NCBI RefSeq assembly: GCF_006345805.1
Contig: NC_042998.1
Span: forward strand, 1,984,001 to 2,048,000
DNA: 64,000 nt
From: Octopus sinensis
Taxonomy: Eukaryota
Direction of reading: 5' to 3'
Below the pieces are notes generated by a model that ran no database searches, was not told where the DNA came from, and saw only the letters and a list, made by a program, of their open reading frames with translations. Below, piece after piece: positions 26,253 through 38,567 of the stretch (positions within the stretch are counted from its first letter, which is position 1; every line of letters begins with the position of its first letter). The position numbers and the translations under genes were made by a program.

Positions 26253-28023
26253 TGCAGGCCTAGCTGTTGAGGGTGCTTGTCTCCCCTTCGTAAATATATA
26301 AGGACACAGGAAATGTGTCAAGGCCAACAGGAAGCGTCGATGCTTCCTAGGGCTAAATAGTGGTTAGAGAACAGTTGATTGAATATTATTCATGTAAACA
26401 AGTGAGAGAGCTGGAATGTTTACTTCTTGTTAGGCCCATTTTAATTCTGATAATCATGATCAGAAGCAACCTAAGACTAACATCATCATCATCGTTTAAC
26501 GTCTGCTTTCCATGCTAGCATGGGTTGGACGATTTTGACTGAGGGATGGCTGCACCAGGCTCCAATCTTGATCTGGCAGAGTTTCTACAGCTGGATGCCC
26601 TTCCTAACGCCAACCACTCCGAGAGTATGACAATGTGTCCTTTTAAGACAGTAAATTGAGAGAAATTTTGATTAGTTAAATTGTTTCATCGAGAATAAAA
26701 ATTTGAAAAGGTTATTTCTAGTTAGGACAAAATCTGCACGTTTCGTATGTGATATACCAACTGACTGCAGTATTCCTTTAATTTCAATCGTGTCTAAAAT
26801 AAGGTCAGCCAAAAGAGACCTGTGATGACATTCCATAAAAGTGTTGCAGGCAATACATTACTTTTTATTTTTTAAACAAATTCTTTTGTGTGTTTACATT
26901 ATAATTGCCTTTTGAGAAAAAATAGGAAATATTTAAAATTAAAATAAATTTCATTTTTGAATTCATTAACTAAAATGAAACTTATGATAAAAAAGAACTT
27001 ACATGTAAGCTAGTAGTAGTATGGTAAGTGTTACTGATGAAAGGTAACTTTTAAAGGTAAAATGTTTTTGAAGGCAACTCTAAATTGTTTTTAAGATAGC
27101 ATAAAGCTAATTTTGAAGTCTATTTGGAGGCCGTGAGTTAAACGTTACTGACTGTTGTAACATATGGCAGTACGAGATTAGCCTTAAAATCAAAAGAGTG
27201 TTTTTAAAGCCAGATAATGAAAAATATTCATAGCTTAAGTTGAACTATATTTCATTCAGCATTGTGTTTATTTATAGGCTATAAAATCAAATAATCATTT
27301 TGAAGATAAATATCTCATATGATAGAACTGAATTAGTCTTAAAATCAAATGAATGCTTTTAACAACAATATAAAATGTTGCTAGCTTTTATACTTCTAGC
27401 AATTATTTCATGAAGAAAGTGTGAAGCATGATCTCCAAATGTTGGGCTTCACAGAGGCAATGGCAAGTGGCTGAGCCCTTTGGTGATACGCTATGCTTTA
27501 GAAAACCCGTCAAGCCAAGTGAAACCATAGTCATGGCCAATGCCAGTGGCACATAAAAAGCACCCTTCAAATGTTGGACTTCACAAATGGGATTAAGTGA
27601 CTGAGACCTTTGGCAATACGCCATGCTTGAGAAGATTTGTCAATCCAATTGAAATCAAAGTTGTGGCACATAAAAAGCACCCACTACACTCTTGGAGTGG
27701 TTGGCATTAGGAAATGTAGAAACCATGCCAAATCAGATAGGAACCTGGTGCAGCTCCAGCTTACCAGTTTCAGTCAAAGCGTCTCACAAATGCCAGTATG
27801 AAAAGCTGACGCGAAAGGATGGTGATATTCACATTCTGTATATTAACCATTTTGGAATTACAAAGTAATTTACCTGTAAGAAAGATGTTTTTAATGCAAA
27901 AATATTTGATATCTGTTAGGATTTAAGAAGGTAAGACTTGCCAAAGACTGCAGTTAGTAAATAAAATATGATGGGTGAAACATGTATAAAATGGAGTGAC
28001 TGAATGATTTACAAGAGATGGAT

Positions 28024-29680
28024 ATCATCATCATCATCGTTTAACGTCTGTTTTCCGCACTAGCACGGGTTGGACGGTTCGACCGGGGTCTGGGAAGCCA
28101 GGGGCTGCACCAGGCTCCAGTCTGATCTGGCAGTGTTTCTACAGCTGGATGCCCTTCCTAACGCCAACCACTCCGCGAGTGTAGTGGGTGCTTTTTACGT
28201 GCCACCTGCACAGGTGCCAGGGGAGTCTGGCATCGGCCATGATTGGTTGGTGCTTTTAACGTGCCGGCGGCGCTGGCATCGGCCACGTTTGGATGGTGCT
28301 TTTTATGTGCCACGGGCACAGGTATCACAACTACTATTTCCATTGATATTTATTTTGATGTTCATGTACTTGACTCAACAGGTTTCAAGCACAGCGGGAT
28401 GTTCTGGAATCCAAGGTACTTTGAAAGGGCAGGGGCTACGCGGAACTGGTGCAGGAAGCAGCCCGGGTCTTTGCAGTCACAGCATATCTCCAGAGATCTC
28501 GGTCCTTCGCCATTGCCTCAGTGAGGCCCAACGCTCTGAGGTCATGCTTCCTGGGTCTACCTCTCCCCCTGATACCTTCAGCTGTTTGGGAGTGGCACTT
28601 CTTCACACATCTCTCCTCATCCATCCGTAGTACATGACCATACCATTGCAAGCGGCGCTCTTGCACACCACATCTGATGCTTCTTATGTCCAGCATTTCT
28701 CTCAGGGTGCTTACCCTCTGTCATGCGCGCACACTGACAGTACACATCCAGCGGATCATGCTAGCTTCATTCCTTTCAAGTCTACGCATGTCCTCTGCAG
28801 TCACAACCCATGAAGCACGGCAGTTCGCACACATGCGTCATACAATCTACCTTTCACTTTGAGTGAGAGACCCTTTGTCGCCAGTAGGGGTAGGAGCTGT
28901 CTGAACTTTGCCCAGGCTATTCGTATTCTAGTGGTGACACTCTGAGCATCCACCTCCACTACTAACTTGGTCACCCAGGTAGCGGAAACTATCAACTACT
29001 TCTAGTTTCTTCCCCTGGAGTGTGATGGAATCTGTTTTCTGAGTGTCTGTGGTGTCTATTGTCCCTGTGCATCTGCCGCACATGAAAGCTATCTTATCAG
29101 TTAATTTCCCTTTGATGTTGCTGCACCTCTTATGCGTCCATAGCTTACACTGGGTGCATCTTATGGAGTTTCTACCTACACCTTTCCTACAGATCGAGCA
29201 GGGCCACCTGCCCGAGGCGGGGTGTGCTGAGTTCGCCTTTCTGCTTACTATAACTTTGGTCTTTGCTACATTTACTCTAAGGCCCTTTGATTCTAACCCT
29301 TGCTTCCACACCCGAAATTTCTTTTCTAGTTCCGGTAGTGATTCTGCTATGAGAGCCAGGTCATCAGCATAGAGGAGCTCCCAGGGGCAACCTGTTTTGA
29401 ATTCCTCTGTTATTGCCTGGAGGACTATGATGAATAAAAGGGGACTGAGGGCTGAGCCTTGGTGTACACCTACTTCTACCTGGAATTCTTCACTATATTC
29501 GTTGCCAATCCTAATTTTGCTGACAGCCTCTCTGTATAGGGCTTGTACAGCCCTTATTAGCCATTCGTCAATCTCCAGTTTCCGCATCGACCACCAGATA
29601 AGGGATCGGGGGACCCTGTCAAAGGCTTTCTCCAAGCCCACAAAAGCTATGTAGTGGGGTTTATCTTTAGCTAGGTACTT
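28024..29680 (-). mobile_element. 5'-truncated, frameshifted RTE-clade LINE (RT domain, C-terminus, 3' UTR, (GAT)n tail)
   Basis: AFVGLEKAFDRVPR, GVHQGSALSPLLF and LLYADDL motifs; downstream parts lie in other frames; (CAT)n at 28024 on the + strand. Confidence 0.92.
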
Positions 29681-30011
29681 CATGACAATATAATTGTTTG
29701 CATATTGGTATAATTAACCATAAGATTCTGGGATAGTTTTTGTATCTAGGAATTGTTTAACATTTTATGTACTAACTGAGGTACTTATGTCATTATAGGG
29801 AATCAGTAATAAAAAAAAAATGAAAGTTGTTGGTCAATGTCTTGTGTATTTACAAAATTGAAATGGCATGTTCTCGTGAAGAAATGAAAAGAAAATCTAA
29901 TTAAATCTTAATTTTATGATCAGCTCTTAATGAAAGATGCTTTCAAATTATGAACATACTTTTGTTTTAAATATCCCTTGAATATTTTTTTTTTTTAATC
30001 TGTTTTCATAG

Positions 30012-30069
30012 GATAATTGGGAGGATGATGATGAAAAGAAAGATGTAAAACCTGAGGAAACGGCAACTA
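30012..30069 (+). CDS. EIF3J: eIF3 subunit J, exon 3
   Basis: catag| DNWEDDDEKK... |gtaagt; ends in phase 1. Confidence 0.92.
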
Positions 30070-30611
30070 GTAAGTTGATTTCTTGCTTATAGACTTTTAT
30101 AATGAATTTAATATTTATAGGAATATATATACTTTCAATGTTTGTAGATATCAGTGTTCATATATACTTTATTAACCCATTCGTTCCCTTATCTCTTATT
30201 ATAAAAGGCAGATTTTATCTGCCTCCCTTTGGGAGTTATACAAATCTACAATATAGGATTTCTTCAATTACAATTTACCTAGCAGTTTTAAGAGTACAAT
30301 GCATCGCGTCATGCCAGGTCCAGTTTTTAAAATTTAAACTCCAGTTAAGCAAAATTTACAGAAAACTCACATTCTGGTGTGTGTGTCAAATGCTTTTCTT
30401 AGTCTGGTTTACACCACACGCAAACGCACACAAACAGTGTGCTACGAATAAAGTGAAACTAATTCAGTGTGTTGACAGGTAGACAATAGAATGCGATGAC
30501 GACTATGACGCTGATAGATACATGAGTAAAATGTATGGGAAGCTAACACATAAGAGTGAGTGAAAATGTTCTTGGAAGAGAGTAAATAGCCAGAGAGTAA
30601 TAAAGTAAACA

Positions 30612-30628
30612 TACACTCATACATACAT

Positions 30629-30683
<55 letters not shown>

Positions 30684-30780
30684 TACATACACACATACAT
30701 ACATACACACACATACATACACACATATACATACATACAAATACATACATACACACACACACACATACACACACACACAG
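30612..30780. repeat. Compound (TACA)n/(CA)n microsatellite
   Basis: Visible directly in the sequence. Confidence 0.95.
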
Positions 30781-31149
30781 TATTGAAGCTTGAGAACAAT
30801 CAGATACATCTGCAACACATCTGTTGAAAATATTATTGTTCACACACATACATATACATATATACATACAGAGAGACAGACAGATAGACACACACACACA
30901 CACACACACATGATCCAGCATGGTCACAACCTCAAGGCTGAAACGTATAAAACAATAACAGAATATAAATGTGTGCATGTGTGTGAGAGAGAGAGTGTGT
31001 GTGTATATGTATGTATGTATATATATATATAATAATGCGGTTTTTTCAACAGCTTGAACTAAATGTCAGAGGGGAATGGGATAAACTACTTATATTAACT
31101 TGCTATAAAAGCAAGTAGTAATTTTATCTTGTCCTTATTCATAGTGCAA

Positions 31150-31625
31150 GTTTTGAAGAGTGAATTTCGATTTTAACAGCTATTTTTTTCAAAGCTATAT
31201 TGGAAGTAACAAAGGAGCATATTTGGCATATTTTGCTTTATGAGTTCAATAAAGACAACAACGCAACGGAAAGTACAAGAAATATTAATGCAGTATATGG
31301 GGATTGGACAATAGCGTAAGGCAGTGTCAATGGTGGTTCCAGAAATTCCGAGCCATAAACTACAGCCTAGAAGACGAGCCTCATCCTGAAAGATCTGTAG
31401 AACTCGACAAGGACATCCTGAAAACCCTGGTGGAACAAAATCTCATCGTAACTGTTGAGGAACTAGCAGAGAAGCTTGGATTTGGTCATTCAACCATTCA
31501 TTGAGACCTGTGTGCTATCGGAAAAGTCAGCAAATTGGGTCAATGGGTTCCTCACGAACTTTCCGAGTCTAATTGCATGCAGAGAGTGAATGTATGCTTT
31601 TCTTTGCTGTCACATCTCACCACTA
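31150..31625 (+). mobile_element. Mariner transposase 5' remnant
   Basis: Frameshifted HTH region: ...RQCQWWFQKF...LEDEPH...TVEELAEKL...GQWVPHEL. Confidence 0.85.
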
Positions 31626-31639
31626 CTGCGCTATGTATA

Positions 31640-32274
31640 TCTATATATATAAAACTGTAGTTGTGTGAGTGTCTGTCCCCTTCGATTTAGATTCCTAACT
31701 ACTCCCACATTTTGCGGTGCAGTTTAACCAAATTCGGGTAGCTTATAGTCGTGATTCATATCGAGCCCGTCTGACTATTAGCGCGCGTCAACGATGAGTC
31801 TACGATTTTAAAAATAATTTAACATCATTTTTTATTCCATTTTAATGCATAATTTTTCGTGTGTCGATGGCGGCGGAGTTGGCGTCCACGCTCACACCTG
31901 CACCTGTGGGGAAGGGAGTGTAAGGAAATCAACGTCGTAATGCGTTGTCAAGGAGACCAGCGTTCTTTTAGAACAACGACTTCATGGCTTGAAGACACCA
32001 AAACAGAAATGGCTAAGAAAGCGTCTACATGAGTCTACGATTTAAAAAAAAATTTACCATCGTTTTTTTTCCATTTTAATGCATTTTTTCGCTATTATAT
32101 AAGGGAAGTAACTCTCTAAAAATGTCTACGATGAGTCAACGATTTAAAAAAAATTTACCATCATATTTTTTCCATTTTTAATGCATTTTTGCTATTTTTT
32201 GGCTATAACTCTCTAAAAATGCTTATATAGTTATTTCCCTTACAAACCCGAGCAACGCCGGGCGATACTGCTAG
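31640..32274 (+). mobile_element. Non-autonomous Helitron
   Basis: A|TC 5' end; 3' hairpin CCCG..CGGG followed by CTAG|T; internal repeats of GATGAGTCTACGATTTAAAAA. Confidence 0.8.
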
Positions 32275-33072
32275 TTCTAAAATAATCATGGATTTCATAA
32301 AACAACTCTTCTATTAATGTGATTTTTGGAATACAATTTAACAAAAATTTCTTAACCAAATCTGTTACATAATTTTTGTCTCAAAGTGAATCTAATTGCA
32401 GGTAAATACTGGTAAACTCAACAAAACATAAAATAATTTTATTTAACCATCAGTCTGGAAATGGGTTATTAGCTAACATCCAGTGAGAATACAACCAAAG
32501 TTTTAATCTAGGACTTCTGCAAATTATTGGATTTGTCTCACCGAATTGTGTCACTTTTCGCAATAGAAACATGGGATTCACAATGACACATGTGGGTTTT
32601 ATGTTTGCCATATGTTTTTTTTTAGATTTTTCTGTTTTCTTTCAAAATCATTTCAGAAAGTCAAAATGGAAGGGGGGGGGGAAATCTCCAAAAATTTGTA
32701 GCATTCAGCTATCATGTAAAATGTTGGAGAGCGTAAGCAATTGTTTACATAGGGTAATCATATTTTAATGAATGTACTAACAAGATTCACATTGAAATTC
32801 ACATTAAAATATGAATAGGGTAATTTTGGGTGGTTACAGGTGTTTTGATAACAGAAGCCAAATTTTTTTTCAGGCATCTACAGGTGGGTTAATATAGAAC
32901 TAAACTGTTAGAGGTATTAACATGAATTTGTTATTGGAATTGATAAGACTCACTGTGTAATATTTCCTCAATATATATATATATTAATCCACTCATAGTT
33001 CAATGTACATTTTTGTTTTGTTTTCTTTCACTTACACTCTAATTGTCTCTGTATTTTTATTTTTCTTCTGAG

Positions 33073-33161
33073 GTGTTAGAGCTTTTCAAATAAAGAAAAA
33101 ACGACCCATAGCTGAAATCATAGCTGAAAAAGAAGCTCAACAAGAAAAATTGAAAGATGAA
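33073..33161 (+). CDS. EIF3J: eIF3 subunit J, exon 4
   Basis: ttctgag| (S)VRAFQIKKKRPIAEIIAEKEAQQEKLKDE |gtaagt. Confidence 0.85.
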
Positions 33162-35005
33162 GTAAGTCACTCTCTGTGTGCTTGTGTGTGTGTGTCTGTG
33201 TTTTTCTTCTTCAAAGGGTATCAATCTGTAATATTTCAATTTAATATTTTTTTAGCCTACTTGCTTCTCTGTATTTCGTAGAGCACATTTTAGTTTTAAA
33301 CAAATCTATTTTTAACCTTTTTCATGTGATAACACAAATTGGTGATAACCAAAAGACTTCCCAATGTTCCAATATTAACATTTCTATACAATTTTCAGTA
33401 ATAAATATGGAATAAATTCCAATTTTCTTTGATCATCTCTCTGTAACATTTTGCATCATTTACATATTTTGCTGCCAGGCTAATGGAGTAGTGTAAGGAC
33501 AAATAAAATGAATGGTATTATGAGAAGTAAAATGAATATGAGTGGAAGGATGAAGTTATCACAAGACCAGTTGCAAGCTGGAGAAAAGAGACTGAGACAA
33601 TCAGAATTAGTGGGGTAGAGTGAGGAGTGGCAGGTGCCATTAGATTAAGATATTAGTCATCCTCTCTTTTATAAACATAGCTGTGTGGTTTTGGAGCCAG
33701 TCTCAATACTCAACATCTACCATAGCCTCAAGCTAACCAAAGCCTTGCAGTTGGATTTTGTTGACAGAAACAGGAAGAAGCTTATTAGATATGTCTCTGT
33801 CTTGACATTTTGTGCCAGTTGTAAGCAATATGTCCAGTCACTGTGCTGTTTGTAATGGAAGGTGTGTGGGAGAAATATTACCTTACCTGGAAACAGAAAC
33901 ATCATCCAGTTTTGAAATGTCCATGAAATTTGTTTGACCTTTGTAAACCTGGATAAATGGATGTTAAAACAATGATATTATATACATGCACACTCATCTT
34001 GAAACTCTGCTTTTCTGCTTCATAAATTGTGTAGCTTCTTGGGTAAGTATTTTCTGCCATAGCATCATGTTGACTAATGCCTTGTAAATGAAATAGAGTT
34101 GCTGGAAAGGCTGCAGAAGTCCAAAATATATGTGTGTATATGAGCAGCAGTAGTTCTATATGCAAAAGACCAGTGAAATGCAGTACTTTACTTGAAAATG
34201 TGAAGATTGGTATTGAGAGAGGCATCTTATCCTTCTGCTTAAACTTTGTTATGCTTCTCTATTCTTACAGTGTAAGTTTTGACCTTAAGAACACGATAGG
34301 TTTTTGCTATATATCTATTAATGTGCATAAAAATACTCATTTTTAACTATACCATTAACCAGGTGGTATGGTCAAAAACAAGCTATGTATAGTTTCATCT
34401 AGAAAATGTTCCCCTCAATTCTTCTCATCAGCCTTTTTTATATTGGCTGATTTTCCTGCCATTGGAAATGCTGCAAAGAAAAGTATTTTTAAAAAAAATC
34501 TCTTTCATTTCATACTCTTGTTTGGGTTCACATTATATCCTTTTGTAATTTCATAATTACTATTATTGAAAACTAAAATTGTTAACCTTTGTTTCATCTA
34601 CAAACAGTAAAACATTTTCTCTTTATATTTTGAATATACTGAAAGTGAAAAGTCTTCAAATTTGTCTTCAGAATTTGTAGTCTCTGTTAATGAACAGGGA
34701 ACAAAGGGCTCCAAAATACTAAAAACAAGTGATTGTAAGCAGCTTTTTAATTGGACAGTGCAAGAAAGTTTTTTATGGTAAATATATAAATTAAAATATA
34801 AAGCTTTATCAGGAAGTATATAATTCCAAGATACTGTAATTGTCTGTCAAAAAGCCTATGTATTGTTACCTAGTGGCAAGGATATTATAGCTTAACACAA
34901 GCTCTCCTGATAGGATTTCATGGGTTGAAGTTGAATTTTAAAATTTTATCTTTTTTTATTAGATTTTTAAAAAAAACTTTTTAATTTTTTTTATTTTCGT
35001 TTAAG

Positions 35006-35114
35006 GAATCCAGAAGTGAAGAAGTTGAATCGCCAGTAGATCCAAATGCTGAAAAACTTCGACGGAGGCAGCTTCAAGAAGAATCTGACCTTAAATTAGC
35101 AAAAGAGGCTTTTG
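35006..35114 (+). CDS. EIF3J: eIF3 subunit J, exon 5
   Basis: ttaag| ...AEKLRRRQLQEESDLKLAKEAF(G) |gtatgt. Confidence 0.93.
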
Positions 35115-35149
35115 GTATGTATTTCAACTTCTTTCTCAACAAATACTGG

Positions 35150-35268
35150 AGTTTGACTTTGACATATATTTCCTTGTTAGATGTCATCATTGTTTAGGGA
35201 TAGTAAATACTTGATACTTCCTGACCATTCTGTGTCTGCATCAGTGGAGTATTCTCTGTTGCACACTA
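35150..35268 (+). ncRNA. Highly diverged H/ACA-like copy near the exon 5 donor
   Basis: Retains TGACTTTGACA...TGTTTAGGG-ATAGTA. The 3' hairpin is atypical; ACA at 35263. Confidence 0.35.
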
Positions 35269-36422
35269 CTTTTGTTTTGTTAATTCTGAGTTTTTCTCTC
35301 TTCTGTTATGGACTCTGCCTTTCTTAAGCACTAACATTACACATCCAACTCAACTCGTTTCTTTGTTACCTTTGTATTTTATCTGCATTCCATACCTACA
35401 TTTTGCTATCATTCAACGTCATACCTTGTACACAAATATCACAAAAATCCACCCTTTACTCAAAGAATCTTGTTGCCTACAGTAGCAGTGGCTCCTTAAA
35501 CTTTGAACCCACTATTTTTGCTATTATGCTTTCAGAGCACTCACCACCATTGCTAATAATGGTACCTAAGTAGCAAAAGCTGTTAGGTACATAAAGGAAG
35601 CTGACCAAGCATGGCCATTTCCCAGGTAGCAAAGAAGTTGCCTTCTCTGCTAACTAAAACTTTTGATTTGCTTGGTTGAAATAAAGGTCTTTTGGCTTCT
35701 AAGCTTTGTTTCTGTGTTAGGAATTTCTTCTATCTTCAAAAAATTCAGGTATGAGAACCAATACATCAGTTCACTTTAACAAACAGTATTAGATTCCTCT
35801 ATTATGGTTTGGAGTAGGAAAATAAATAGAATTGTGCTGAGACCTGAATCCTTCTGTGCTGCTTCTACCTGCTTGCTGAATTCTTTGTTTGCATTGTTTC
35901 TTATTAGAAATCATTTTGTCCATTTTCCTTGCTTGCATGAATTGAACAAATCTTTTCCATCTTGTTTGTTATGTTTTTTTTTTAGAGGGTTCATTCTTCA
36001 AGATCAAATCAGTTTCCTCCATTTCTACCCATATTTCCTCGGTTTTTGTCTTCCACAGCTGCCTTCCTCTTGGATATCTTGGCACTTTCCCCAAACTGTT
36101 ATCTATATGTTTTATATGTGCCTATTCCAATGAAGCCTCTTCTTGCACACTACATCCAATTCCTCTTAAATCCACTTTTTCTCTCCAGCCTTCATATATC
36201 CTCACCATTCAATACTTGTTTCACAACTGTGCTTGTGTATGTTATACACAAACATACAGTTTCCCTTCACCGTAAGATTAAAATCCTTGTTAGTAGTTGC
36301 AGTAACTTCCTGAACTTTTTCCCCATCTTTTTTTGGCATTCACTCATGCTCAGGTCATCCAGGTAACAAAATTCTAGTTTTTGTTTTTTTATTATTATTA
36401 CTATTGTCTAGCCAACAAAGTC

Positions 36423-36554
36423 CCCTAACTTTGACAGCATACATATATTTTCTTATTTGTTATGCCGTAATGTTTAGGGATAGTAAATGCACATGCTAGT
36501 AATCTACTGGTCATCTTCTAGTTGTTACTGGTGACTATTCAGTGTGCTACAGTT
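36423..36554 (+). ncRNA. H/ACA-like copy, lineage A
   Basis: H box ATAGTA 36480-36485; ACA 36549-36551. Confidence 0.82.
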
Positions 36555-37614
36555 TATTGATACATGGTAATATGACCGTGTACTGACTGCTATTGATCAT
36601 TGCCTTGTAGAATTTATTGTAACACCTCCATCACCTTTGTTGCATTATTTTATTTTTGGTGTGAGGAAGGGGCATCCAGCCCTACAAAACTATGTCTAAG
36701 CAGATAGAGAGCTTGGCAGTCTTGAGAGTTGCCAGCTGCAGTCAACCAATGCCAGCATGAAAATGGACTTATGTTGATTTATGTGAACTTAAAAGTTCAG
36801 TTTATTACAATAGACAGGGTGTGTAAAACTATGTTAGATACTCAGTGAATCAATCTTTCATCAAAGATGATTGTAGGATCCATGGAATGCATTTTTTGTG
36901 CTAGCTAACATTTTACTTTTTCTAAATGAATATTCCTTTATTTTCATTTCTTTATACTGAGAGTCTGGTAAATATTTTTGGTATTATATCCCTTTAATTT
37001 TCGTTTTAGTTTGAAGAAATTACTATTGCTTTCATATTTGTGTTGTTTATTAAAAAAGATTTGTTTGAAATCAAAATCTCTAAAATATTGCTGTTTCTAA
37101 AAGAAAAACACAGAGCTATATAATTGTAAAAAATCATTTGTATTCAAGGACATTTTAATAGAATATTTTGGGGTTCACATATAAATTCCTTGTCTTTAAA
37201 TCATACATATATTTTCATATTTTGGCTGAATGTTTTGAGATAATAAATGCATATTTCTTTAATGGTTTCATATGATATTTCATATATCTAGTGTGTTTGT
37301 CTCCTCAACCATAATTTTATTTAGATATTCAGAGAGGAGTATTTTTAAAAACCTATTCCTGCCTAATCTCATTTCTGTGTGTCCTGGCATCATTTCTTAA
37401 AAGTTTGGGATATTTACAATATTGTATCAAATGCTTCATTTGTGTGCATAAGTTTCTTTATTTTCAGTTTCTTTGATTTTCACTACCATTGCTTAAAGTG
37501 TCTTCTAGTGTAAAATTGAAATTATTTTCTTTCTATATTTTTAAAATGCTGAGAGATAAAAAAGGTTTGAATTTAAGTCCAGTTTGTGTCAGTCATTTAG
37601 TGTGTTGAGAGAAA

Positions 37615-37737
37615 CCCTGACCTTGAGAGCATACAAATATTTTGTTATGTCGTATAGTTTAGGGATATTAAATGCACTTACTAGTAATCTACTGGGTATA
37701 TTCTAGTTGTTACTGGTGACTACTCGGTGCTACATGT
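37615..37737 (+). ncRNA. H/ACA-like copy, lineage D
   Basis: H box ATATTA 37665-37670; ACA 37732-37734. Confidence 0.82.
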
Positions 37738-37887
37738 TTGTCGCCACATGGTAGTATTACCATGTATTGATCATTTTATTGTAAACGCTCTCTACTCTCA
37801 GATTATAGATTTTATATTGTGTAATATTTCTTTGTAAACTTGAAAATTCAGTTCATCACGATACAGAGTAGATGATTTTAAATATTC

Positions 37888-38267
37888 AGGAGTGGCTGTG
37901 TGGTAAATAGCTTGTTTACCAACTACATGGTTCCAGGTTCAGTCCCACTGCATGACACTTTGGGCAAGTGTCTTCTACCATAGCCTCGGCCCTTCCAAAG
38001 TGTTGTGAGTGGATTTGGTAGACGGAAACTGAAAAGAAGACTGTCATATATATGCATATGTCTGTGTGTCTGTCTCTTCCCCCCTATTCCCAACATCGCT
38101 TAACAACCAATGCTGGTGTGTTTACGTCCCTGTAACTTAGCGCTTCAGCAAAAGAGACCGATAGAATAGGTACTAGGCTTAGGGAGAATAAGTCCTAGTC
38201 GATTTGCTCGACTAAAGGTGGTGCTCCAGCATGGCCATGGTTAAATGACTGGAGCAAATAAAAGAAT
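37888..38267 (+). mobile_element. tRNA-derived SINE, family 1
   Basis: Head GGAGTGGCTGTGTGGT..GGTTCAGTCCC with A/B-box-like motifs; tail GGTGCTCCAGCATGG. Confidence 0.85.
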
Positions 38268-38567
38268 GAGTTAATCATTGTGATCCATGATTCATTGTCT
38301 TATTTAGTCTTTTTTTTTTTTTTTTTTTTTTTTTTTGCAAATGACTATTCCCTATTTTCATTTATTCTTCCTGCAGAGGGTCCAGTAAATATTGTAGAAT
38401 AGAAGAAATAAATTCCTTTTGCTGAACCACCTATCATAGATAATGAATAATGTGAAATGATTTAGTGCTCGTGTGGAACTTAAATTGTCATTCATTAGAA
38501 TAACAGATTTTGCTCTTATTAAAGTTTAAACCTTTTTACTAACATTGAAATTTGGTGGGGGGAAGAG

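Larger units (their letters stand above)
25435..26364. repeat. Long inverted repeat (arms 25435-25603 and 26163-26364), probable Penelope-like pseudo-LTR remnants
   Basis: Arms are reverse complements apart from two small indels. Each arm holds a hammerhead; the spacer holds (TA)n and an RTE-derived repeat. Confidence 0.75.

Noticed and set aside
27030-27070. Hammerhead-like CTGATGA followed by a small stem
   Set aside because: GAAA is replaced by TAAA and there is no stem I. Similar degenerate look-alikes at about 11180, 61840 and 62995 also fail to fold.
30442-31032. ORFs rich in VC/YI/TH dipeptides (also 16142-16485, 25659-25995)
   Set aside because: Translations of microsatellites.
34608-34734. 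Possible poison exon in eIF3j intron 4 (aaacag| ... |gtaagc) beginning with an in-frame TAA
   Set aside because: The splice signals are only moderate and there is no independent support; such matches are common in AT-rich introns.
36423-36430. CCCTAAC at the start of the H/ACA copies as a telomerase template
   Set aside because: It is the basal stem pairing with TTAGGG, and it covaries to CCCTGA/TCAGGG.
37888-37960. tRNA gene
   Set aside because: No complete cloverleaf; it is the tRNA-derived head of a multi-copy SINE.
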